Assembly: GCA_029856365.1 (NCBI GenBank)
Contig: JAHQWW010000007.1
Coordinates: 1 to 64,000, forward strand
Direction: 5' to 3'
Length of the DNA: 64,000 nucleotides
From: Candidatus Hodarchaeota archaeon
GTDB lineage: Archaea > Asgardarchaeota > Heimdallarchaeia > Hodarchaeales > Hodarchaeaceae
A program made the position numbers and the translations under genes. Positions 56,070-64,000 of this stretch are shown in pieces. The notes beneath the pieces were generated by a model. That model ran no database searches. It was not told where the DNA came from and saw only the letters and a program-made list of their open reading frames with translations. Numbering within the stretch: the stretch's first letter is position 1; each line of letters begins with the position of its first letter.

Positions 56070-57512
56070 TTATGGTTCAGGATCATCAATAGAGAGTTTT
56101 CTGTCTCCACGATACCGTGGGTGATACATTTTTAGCATTTTGGGCGGAATCCGCTTTAATTCATCTTCTGGGAGATCTGATAATAAATCCCATGCCAACT
56201 CAAGGGTCTCAAATACTTCCCTTGATTCATAATAATCCTGTTGAAGAAATTCGTTTTCAAATCTATCAGCAAAATCTAGATACTTTTTATCTACATTGGT
56301 CAAGCTTTCTTCTCCCACAACTGCAACAAGGTCGCGTAAATTTCTACCCATGGAGTAACCAGCAAACATCTGATCTGAAACTGATTTATGACTTACGTGC
56401 GTTCGATCTCTACCTATCCCTTCACGCATTAGACGACTAAGACTAGGCATGGGATCAATTGGTGGGTAGATCCCTCGACGATGGAGATCCCGATCGATAA
56501 TTAGCTGACCTTCTGTGATATAACCACTAAGATCAGGGATAGGGTGTGTAATATCATCAGAAGGCATTGATAATATTGGAAGTTGAGTTATGGTTCCTTT
56601 TTTACCCTTTATTCGGCCAGCTCGTTCATAAATGGTAGCTAAATCTGTGTAAAGATAACCTGGATATCCTCGTCGTCCTGGAACTTCCTCTCGTGCTGCT
56701 GATATTTCACGTAGAGCCTCGGCATAATTGGTCATATCGGTAAGGATAACTAAACAGTGATAATCATATTCAAAAGCTAGATACTCGGCAGTGGAAAGAG
56801 CTATTCTAGGAGTAATCAACCGTTCTGCAGCAGGGGAGTCTGCAAGGTTTAAGAATAAAATGACTCTTTCTAGAGCCCCAGTTTTCTCGAAATCTGAACG
56901 AAAAAATCGGGCTTCTTCTGTTGTGATTCCCATTGCAGCAAAAATTACAGCAAATTCCTCTTCTTTTCCTAGCACTTTTGCCTGTCTGGCAATTTGAGCA
57001 GCAATATTATTATGAGGGAGCCCACTACCTGAAAAAATGGGTAATTTTTGTCCCCGAATCAATGTATTTAGACCATCGATCGATGAAATACCCGTCTGAA
57101 TGAATTCCCTGGGGTATTCTCGAGCATAAGGATTAATGGGGGCTCCTGTTATGTCGAGGCGCTCTTCTGCAAATATTTGAGGACCTGTATCAATAATTTT
57201 TCCACTTCCAGAGAAGATTCGACCAAGCATATCTTGTGATACTGCAATTTTAATAGTTTCACCAAGAAATCTAACGGATGTTTCCTGAGTATCAAGACCC
57301 TGAGTTCCTTCAAAAACTTGAACTATAGCAATGTCTTCAGAGACTTCTAACACTTGACCCGTACGTTTTTCACCAGTTGGGGTTGTTACACTAACAATTT
57401 CCCCATAAGAAACCCCCTTTATATTATTAACAAAGAGAAGCGGCCCAGCAATTGTTGATACCGTTGAATAAGTAACGATAGAAGACAGAGATTCATCCGT
57501 CATTGATTTCAC
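56070..57512 (-). CDS. atpB: A/V-type ATP synthase subunit B
   Basis: [64 protein letters not shown]. Confidence 0.97.
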   Translation of the reverse strand: MKSMTDESLSSIVTYSTVSTIAGPLLFVNNIKGVSYGEIVSVTTPTGEKRTGQVLEVSEDIAIVQVFEGTQGLDTQETSVRFLGETIKIAVSQDMLGRIFSGSGKIIDTGPQIFAEERLDITGAPINPYAREYPREFIQTGISSIDGLNTLIRGQKLPIFSGSGLPHNNIAAQIARQAKVLGKEEEFAVIFAAMGITTEEARFFRSDFEKTGALERVILFLNLADSPAAERLITPRIALSTAEYLAFEYDYHCLVILTDMTNYAEALREISAAREEVPGRRGYPGYLYTDLATIYERAGRIKGKKGTITQLPILSMPSDDITHPIPDLSGYITEGQLIIDRDLHRRGIYPPIDPMPSLSRLMREGIGRDRTHVSHKSVSDQMFAGYSMGRNLRDLVAVVGEESLTNVDKKYLDFADRFENEFLQQDYYESREVFETLELAWDLLSDLPEDELKRIPPKMLKMYHPRYRGDRKLSIDDPEP

Positions 57513-57699
57513 TCCAAAAAAACAGCTTTCGACTTGATAAATCTCTTAATGTTAACTTCTCAAAATTGTTTCGTTCTTTCGTAAGAAAAACATAAAGTCT
57601 CACACTTAGAACAAATTCTAATTACATCCAAGAGAACATCGCAATTAGAAATCATAAGCCCTTTATATGGAGGTTAAGGGAATTAATACAGATTCTTTC

Positions 57700-58530
57700 T
57701 CAAACTTCAGATTTATGAGCATCAACTTTTGTGTTATCGATTATTTCTTCCCAATATGGGAAGAGTCCAGCAGTAAACTCACGCATTAATACCTTTGCTG
57801 CTTCTGTAACATTTGGTTGAGCACCTTTCAGAAGCATTCCTCTCTGTTGTGCAATATGTGTTATTATTGCCTCATTCTCCATTGAAAGCGATGAAAGATT
57901 ATATCGTTGTATGAATCCTTCTGAATAATGTTTTCTTATTCGATCGAGAAAGAAAAAAGAAGTTTTTAGTGGATCCTCAAGCTTATCGATAGGTACAGCT
58001 CCCATAAAAACTTGTAACTCCTTATTAGGATGATCGAAAGGTACTACTCCGGGTGTATCATACATTAGGATTTTCTTTGATACACGAACAATTTGTAGAT
58101 GTCTTGTAACACCAGGTTTCTGTCCTGTAGGAGTAACATGTTTCCCCCTCAGAATATTTAAGAGACTACTTTTCCCTGTATTTGGAATTCCAACAACTGA
58201 GACAAGGATCTCTTGCTTCTTTAGAGATAGTTGTCTGATTTTTTGACGAAGTATTTTCGTCCCTTGGCGATTACGAGCAGAAATATAGACTGTGGGGTAT
58301 TCTTGATTAAAAATCCTCTTTATTCTATCGCAAATATTTCGAGGAACTAGGTCACACTTATTAAGAACGATAATGAGAGGAATTCCTAATTTTTCCAGAT
58401 GTCTTTCAATCGTAGAAACACGACTAAGTTCTGAAAGGCGACCATCGATTACTTCCAGTACTATATCGCTATTTCTGATTAACTCAAACACTTGGCGGTG
58501 TTCTTTTTGACGTCTCATGTTAATCAGCAT
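57700..58530 (-). CDS. Circularly permuted GTPase (YlqF/RbgA family)
   Basis: NKCDL precedes G1 GIPNTGKSS, PGVT, DTPG. Confidence 0.92.
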   Translation of the reverse strand: MLINMRRQKEHRQVFELIRNSDIVLEVIDGRLSELSRVSTIERHLEKLGIPLIIVLNKCDLVPRNICDRIKRIFNQEYPTVYISARNRQGTKILRQKIRQLSLKKQEILVSVVGIPNTGKSSLLNILRGKHVTPTGQKPGVTRHLQIVRVSKKILMYDTPGVVPFDHPNKELQVFMGAVPIDKLEDPLKTSFFFLDRIRKHYSEGFIQRYNLSSLSMENEAIITHIAQQRGMLLKGAQPNVTEAAKVLMREFTAGLFPYWEEIIDNTKVDAHKSEV

Positions 58531-58649
58531 TATAAAACATCCTAGCGAGAGGATTAAAAAGCTAGCCGGATTCGCTCCTGTCAGAAGGAATGAGTTTGTA
58601 AATCATCTCTTGATCACTTTTACAACTTTATTTCCAAGGATTTTGAAGT

Positions 58650-59069
58650 TTGATGACAACAGAAAAAAACTATCTTGCTTCTCTTAAACGTGCTAGAGAC
58701 AATCTTCCAGCTCATGTGTTTGAAAAGTCACGTTTTAAAATCCCACATGCGGATGTTTTCAAAGAAGGAAACAAAACATGGATAACTGATTGGGCAAGGA
58801 TCCTCAAGACATTAAATAGAGAAAATGAGGCAGATCATCTAGCTAAACACTTAGCAAGAGAATTTGCTACATCTTCTACTGAAGAAAGAGGACGATTATG
58901 TTTACAGGGGAAATTCTCCAGTGGAATGATAAATCGCGAGTTGGAAGCATATGTGAAAGAATTTGTTTTATGTGAAGAATGTGGAAAACCCGATACTAGA
59001 CTTATCAAAGAGGGACGCATATTAATTAAAGTCTGTGAAGCTTGCGGTGCCCGTGTTGCGGTCAAATAA
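58650..59069 (+). CDS. eif2b: Translation initiation factor 2 subunit beta
   Basis: RFKIP, EGNKT, LNR, LQGKF, YVKEFVLCEECGKPDT, CEACGA. Confidence 0.94.
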   Translation: MMTTEKNYLASLKRARDNLPAHVFEKSRFKIPHADVFKEGNKTWITDWARILKTLNRENEADHLAKHLAREFATSSTEERGRLCLQGKFSSGMINRELEAYVKEFVLCEECGKPDTRLIKEGRILIKVCEACGARVAVK

Positions 59070-59412
59070 TTCTCCTCAGCGTTCATCGTCGTCTAGTCGT
59101 GTGTATTTTAAGGTTCATCGAAAAAATAATGTTGAAATATTAGCTTTATGTGATGAATCACTTTTAGGGCAAGAAATATTCAACGAAAAGGCCCGAATGA
59201 GAATCCCAGTTGATTTTTACAGGGGTCAAGAGATAGAAGCACAGGATGCTCTGCAATTGATGAGAAATTATGCGAACATCAACGTTGTAGGTTCAGTACT
59301 AGAACTCGGAATTCGCAAGAATCTCATCAATGAAGATGCAGTGCTGTGGTTCTCCACACTGGAAGGAAAAAAAATCCCACATCTGTTGATATTCTCTATC
59401 CCTCCCCTATAA
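59035..59412 (+). CDS. DUF424-family protein
   Basis: YFKVH...ILALCDE.LLG, FYRG, NINVVG; likely start GTG 59101. Confidence 0.82.
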   Translation: MKLAVPVLRSNNSPQRSSSSSRVYFKVHRKNNVEILALCDESLLGQEIFNEKARMRIPVDFYRGQEIEAQDALQLMRNYANINVVGSVLELGIRKNLINEDAVLWFSTLEGKKIPHLLIFSIPPL

Positions 59413-59428
59413 CAATTGGAGGTTTGTT

Positions 59429-60529
59429 ATGGCTGAATTGGCACCTCAATGCATTTCATGTGGGTCATCAGAAGTATTTTTTGGTCGTTTATGTCAACAG
59501 TGTTATTTACAAAACCATCCGATCTTAAAACAAAAGAAGGATCTTCATATTACTGTATGTGAACGATGTGAATTACTTTCATTAAAAGGACATTGGTCAA
59601 ATTTCTATTTAGTTGACTTAGGTAAACCCCCTATAAACACAAAGCTTACTAAGCTTTTTTCTCAGGAATGGGAATTTTATTATCGTCCAAGGAAGATTCA
59701 AATTCAAAAAATGAATATTGAATCAGATGAGGAAGGAGATATCTCTGTAATTATTGGCATTGTAGACATTAGCGCAAGCCCCGATGCATTTGTTCCACTG
59801 ATGACTATTTCGGAAGCCTTTAAAATACATATTGAATGGGGAGAGTGCTCCGAATGCCGCACGCGCCTCATAGGATCCTATTTTTCGAAAATTCAAATTC
59901 GTGCCCCGAAAGAAGTTAATAATGAACACCTAAATATTTGGAGTGACGAAATTGAAAATATAAGCCAATCTTATCCTCAATCAGATGGTAAAAATCCGCT
60001 TTTTAAGATAAAATACTTACAATCAGGAATTGACGCCTTATTTCAAACAAGAGCAGCTGCTAATTCTGTTGGCAGAGAATTCGCTAAAAATCATGGTGGT
60101 ATCATAAGCGTAACAACAGAATTTGCAGGATTTGATAAATCAAGATCCAAGGAATATCCAAGGAAACCTGTTGTTTTAATAACACTACCAAATTTTAACC
60201 CAGGAGATATAGCGATATTAAACCACCAATTGATTCAAATATTGAGATACAACTCTAAAGTAGAATTCTGGGATTTCAGGAAAAAATTAAAGGGAAAACT
60301 GCCGATAAAATCATTTATAGCCTCTGAACCACAGTTTTTGGAAAATAATTATGAACAATTTCAATTAATAAACTTTGAACAAAGAGGAGGACTCGCTCAA
60401 GTCATGAATACTAGAACCTTTGAGACTCAATATATTGATTCAACCGAAGTATCTGACCTTTCAGAAGGAGAGTCCTTCGAGTGTATATCTTATAATGGTA
60501 GATTACTCAGAAGACAAAAAGAGACTTAA
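59429..60529 (+). CDS. nmd3: NMD3-family ribosome biogenesis protein
   Basis: CISCG...LCQQCY, CERC, CSEC...SYF..IQIR; adjacent to DUF424 and aIF2-beta. Confidence 0.85.
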   Translation: MAELAPQCISCGSSEVFFGRLCQQCYLQNHPILKQKKDLHITVCERCELLSLKGHWSNFYLVDLGKPPINTKLTKLFSQEWEFYYRPRKIQIQKMNIESDEEGDISVIIGIVDISASPDAFVPLMTISEAFKIHIEWGECSECRTRLIGSYFSKIQIRAPKEVNNEHLNIWSDEIENISQSYPQSDGKNPLFKIKYLQSGIDALFQTRAAANSVGREFAKNHGGIISVTTEFAGFDKSRSKEYPRKPVVLITLPNFNPGDIAILNHQLIQILRYNSKVEFWDFRKKLKGKLPIKSFIASEPQFLENNYEQFQLINFEQRGGLAQVMNTRTFETQYIDSTEVSDLSEGESFECISYNGRLLRRQKET

Positions 60530-60558
60530 TTGTTTTATTAAAGGACGGATGAGTCTAA

Positions 60559-61932
60559 TTGAATACTAATGCTGATTCAATAAGTTTTCAGACTATTATC
60601 GAGTCAGCAGCAATCATAATAACGTATTATGAAGAGAATCAAGTTTCCTTAAGAAGTGCTATGAAGATCATTCCAACATTTTTAGAGTCTGTTACTCCAG
60701 AAACTTATTCACAAATCCATGCTCTAGTATTTGAAACCGTAAGACATCAGAATGTTCTCAATCGGATTATTCATCTCAATTTTCAGAGATTTCTTGCAGA
60801 TAAAATCCCGAAAAAACTACATAATCTTTTACGGGTTTTAACATATCTTTTGACTATGTCCTCGGATGTTGAGAACGACCATCTCTTAGAAATAGCTCAT
60901 TTAATCACTCTTAATTCAATTGATGACCCCAACTTGGTTCATTTACTTAGAAATTATGTTGAAGATTTGAGGAATTGGGATTTAAGTTCATTTATTAAAA
61001 CAATTGATGACCCTGCAGAGAAACTAGCAGTTCAATTTTTCCATCCCACATGGTTAATTCGTGATTGGATTAATTATTATGGTTTAGAAACGACTAAAAG
61101 AATTTTAGAATCGAATAATCTTATTAAACCAGTTTATTTACGACTTGATCTAATGAATCATGATAAGATGGATATTATTGAACAATTGAGAGAGGAGGAA
61201 GTGGAAATCGAACAAGATAAACACCTTTTTGATGTTGTGAAAGTCTTATCATGGAAAATCCCTGTTCCTCGACTTCCTTCCTTCGTTAAAGGACTTTATT
61301 ATATTCAGGATAAAGGATCAGCACTTATTTCTCATATATTAGATCCTCAGAATGGAGAGGTGGTATTAGATGCTTGTGCAGCCCCTGGTGGGAAAACTCT
61401 TCACATTGCAGCGTTACAACAGGATTCAGGAACCATTATTGCTCTAGATAACCATTTTCGAAGATTAACTGAAATGGTAACAAAGGTTAACACTTTTAAG
61501 ATGAAAAGTATTTCACCAATTTTATATGATCTCCGATTGGGGCTGAAATTTCGAATAAAATTTGATAAAATCTTAGTAGATGCCCCCTGTTCTGGATCAG
61601 GTACCTTTGCATCCCGACCCGATGCTAAATGGCGTGTTGATCGTCACCAGACCAAATGGTTGAGTCAATTGCAATATTCTCTACTATCGAACGCTTCTAT
61701 CGTGCTTAGAAACACTCCAACTGCATCATTGGTTTATGCAACTTGTTCTCTTCATCCTATTGAAAATGAAGGAGTTGTAAAACAATTCCTAGAAAATCAT
61801 CCAGACTTTGTACTACAACCTCAAAAGATCTTTATCGGAACATCTAGCCCAGAATTCCCGTTAGCGCAACGTCTCTTCCCGCACTTGACTCAAACGGAAG
61901 GTTTTTCCATATTTAAACTTGGATGGAATTAG
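60559..61932 (+). CDS. RsmB/NOL1/NOP2/Sun RNA m5C methyltransferase
   Basis: IQD, LDACAAPGGKT, ILVDAPCSGSG, YATCSL...ENE. Confidence 0.93.
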   Translation: MNTNADSISFQTIIESAAIIITYYEENQVSLRSAMKIIPTFLESVTPETYSQIHALVFETVRHQNVLNRIIHLNFQRFLADKIPKKLHNLLRVLTYLLTMSSDVENDHLLEIAHLITLNSIDDPNLVHLLRNYVEDLRNWDLSSFIKTIDDPAEKLAVQFFHPTWLIRDWINYYGLETTKRILESNNLIKPVYLRLDLMNHDKMDIIEQLREEEVEIEQDKHLFDVVKVLSWKIPVPRLPSFVKGLYYIQDKGSALISHILDPQNGEVVLDACAAPGGKTLHIAALQQDSGTIIALDNHFRRLTEMVTKVNTFKMKSISPILYDLRLGLKFRIKFDKILVDAPCSGSGTFASRPDAKWRVDRHQTKWLSQLQYSLLSNASIVLRNTPTASLVYATCSLHPIENEGVVKQFLENHPDFVLQPQKIFIGTSSPEFPLAQRLFPHLTQTEGFSIFKLGWN

Positions 61933-64000
61933 CCAAAGAATTCCATTAAATTTACTTGACCAGTAGAAACCTCGTCAACATCTATATCCAGTGCTCCAAA
62001 CAGCTGATCAAAAATGGAATCAACCATTGATTTGTACGCTTTCACATCAACCTTTGTTTTATCATTCATTAATTCAATAGGAGTCACCCGATCACCTGTT
62101 CTCGTTTTAACAAAGCGAATTAATTGGCCTGCTTTGATAAAAGAACTCCGACGCTTCTTATCATCATAGTTATGTTGTTTTTGATAATATTTCTCCAGTT
62201 GATTTGCTGCTTTCACATGTTGTGCTTTCACTTTGTACCTACTTAACGGTTGTGTAAGTTGCATAGTGATCGCTAAATCTTCTCCAGAGTAGAGTTGTTT
62301 TTCCAATTTATGATAGATATCTCTGACTAGTTCTTTCACCTCTTTTTTCGCATTTTTAAATTCCTCCTCTGTATTGACTTGTGATAAAATTATCAAAACA
62401 CTGTTGAATCCTTCCTGTAAAAATGGAGGAGTATTTCTTTTTTTTCCCATCAGTCCTTTAACATCGATGCTAGAGTCAGGATATACCCCAAAGTAATTCT
62501 TTTTGCGTTCTGAGAGAACAACATACCTGTAGAATTTTTCCATCTCCAACCTCACTCCCAAATTTTCTTGGCTCCAAGTAATAATCTCATCAATCTGTTC
62601 TTTATTGGGTTTATGTAGAAAAACAGAATCAGTGTCACCATAGAGAACCTGAATACCCAAACTCTGAGCTTTTTGTATAGTTTTTTTAATTGCATCGCGG
62701 CCATATGCTGTTGTGGAGTCAGCGACAGGAAGACAGTACAATGGAAATCTGTCACTGCCTATGACCCCGTACGAAGCATTAATTAGTACTTTTAGGCTTC
62801 TTTCCAAGATACGTAAAAAATTTTTATGAGGAGTGTCTTTTTTCGACTCGGGTTTGAGCCAGTAGACACGTACATCTTTAATAAAACCAATAATGTCAGC
62901 TACAATTCCACGGTTCTTCTGGCAAACCCAATAATTTGTTTGGGGTACAATATTGTTCTCGCATTCTTTATGAGAACAGTAAATTGTTTCGTAACTCAGA
63001 TTAAAAGTTCCAATGATAGAAGGATAAAGAGAAGCAAAGTCCATGACTGTAACATTGAAATGAACGCCTGGAACAGGATCGATAACCAAGGCTCCCTTAT
63101 ATTTTTTTCCTTTTATTATAGCCTTCGAACTGGCGTGTGTTCCTTTTATTGAAAGATCTTCTTGATTTGGGATGAGGTATCCCCTACGACGATGTTCGTA
63201 ATAAAAAAGACTTCTTACCCAGTTGGATACGCTAGTACGTACCAGATCATCAATCGGTATTCTAGAAATACGAGCTAAAATGAATATTAAGTTTAAAGGT
63301 GTTTTATTATCGAATAATAGAAGGTTTAAAGTAATTTTAGCATCTCGCACGCAATAAGAAATTAACTCCCACTCTGATAATTCTGAAATCTCCTTTTTTA
63401 ATGGGATTTTCCCAATTCCAAACAATGATCGGGTAATTGTGTCAAGAGTTTCCTCTCTATATCGATTTCCAAATGCATAGCCTCGAATAGCAACATTATG
63501 ATAAAATCGATACATGTCTAAATGTAGTGCCTGCTTAAAGTTACAACTTTTATTTCTACGATTCCATATGATAGGACTATGAGTACCAATCTTTAGGTGT
63601 TTTGCACGTTCGTGAAGATACGGGAAATCAAAGTTGTCTCCATTAAAAGTAACAACAACTGAATATTTTCTTAGAATCTCAAAAGCTTGTTTTAGAAGGG
63701 ATGATTCATTAGTGAATCTTTGAATTTGAACATGAAGGGGCAGCTCTTTAGGTTTATTACCCTTATCTATGCCCTTACGCTCCAGAACCAAAGCAATTTC
63801 GTTGCCATCACTATCAGCGAAACAAATACAAATTATTCGAAATTTTGGGTCTGCAGCTTGAGGAATCTGTCCCTTTTTATACTCTGTTTCGATATCACAA
63901 GCCACTATAGGCATTTCTGGAATTTCTTGTGTAAAATCATCCTGAAAAACCTCGCTTAATCCCTCATATTTGGCTAAATGCTCGATAATGCTTTGTGGAA
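61929..64000 (-). CDS. polB: Family B DNA polymerase (PolB1-type), 5' end outside the window
   Basis: ExoI DIE, ExoII FNGDNFDFPYL, DFASLYPSII, KVLINASYG, YGDTDS, KKNY, C-terminal PIP box QVNLMEFF; frame open to the window end. Confidence 0.95.
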   Translation of the reverse strand, partial: PQSIIEHLAKYEGLSEVFQDDFTQEIPEMPIVACDIETEYKKGQIPQAADPKFRIICICFADSDGNEIALVLERKGIDKGNKPKELPLHVQIQRFTNESSLLKQAFEILRKYSVVVTFNGDNFDFPYLHERAKHLKIGTHSPIIWNRRNKSCNFKQALHLDMYRFYHNVAIRGYAFGNRYREETLDTITRSLFGIGKIPLKKEISELSEWELISYCVRDAKITLNLLLFDNKTPLNLIFILARISRIPIDDLVRTSVSNWVRSLFYYEHRRRGYLIPNQEDLSIKGTHASSKAIIKGKKYKGALVIDPVPGVHFNVTVMDFASLYPSIIGTFNLSYETIYCSHKECENNIVPQTNYWVCQKNRGIVADIIGFIKDVRVYWLKPESKKDTPHKNFLRILERSLKVLINASYGVIGSDRFPLYCLPVADSTTAYGRDAIKKTIQKAQSLGIQVLYGDTDSVFLHKPNKEQIDEIITWSQENLGVRLEMEKFYRYVVLSERKKNYFGVYPDSSIDVKGLMGKKRNTPPFLQEGFNSVLIILSQVNTEEEFKNAKKEVKELVRDIYHKLEKQLYSGEDLAITMQLTQPLSRYKVKAQHVKAANQLEKYYQKQHNYDDKKRRSSFIKAGQLIRFVKTRTGDRVTPIELMNDKTKVDVKAYKSMVDSIFDQLFGALDIDVDEVSTGQVNLMEFFG

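Noticed and set aside
1-64000. CRISPR arrays, rRNA genes, transposases/integrases, inteins in RadA, DP2 or PolB
   Set aside because: No periodic repeats, rRNA-like GC-rich tracts, recombinase motifs or intein-sized insertions were seen by eye

Overview
This is an AT-rich archaeal chromosomal segment. Its gene content points to an Asgard archaeon, probably Heimdallarchaeia (inference): tandem Arf-like GTPases, roadblock proteins, a Vps22-like ESCRT-II protein, and an E1/E2/Ubl/JAB ubiquitin-type system. Most of the window is housekeeping (GatD/E, GlmU, YchF, SerA, eL15, RNase P proteins, Cgi121, ThrRS, aIF2 alpha/beta, eS27, Nop10, GINS, NMD3, RqcH, AtpB, PolB1). Two loci stand out. (1) 39.1-48.1 kb is a complete ubiquitin-like conjugation locus. 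Its modifier resembles UFM1 by eye and has a SUMO-like N-terminal tail. It has a UBA3-type E1 and a candidate E3 joining UFL1/DDRGK1-like winged helices to two RING-like fingers. The locus is flanked by CCDC47-like, SPFH and Vps22-like genes, making it a candidate proto-UFMylation or membrane quality-control system. (2) 2.0-13.3 kb is a type IV pilus operon ending in a PolD large subunit homologue whose catalytic DGD reads NGD. It is divergent from a radA fused in frame to a TPR-like extension. Features missing from the ORF track include radA, nop10, a two-intron tRNA-Thr(GGU), and a C/D box sRNA predicted to guide 23S Gm2251. gatD carries an in-frame ochre stop. All homology calls come from motif reading against remembered family consensus; no searches were run.
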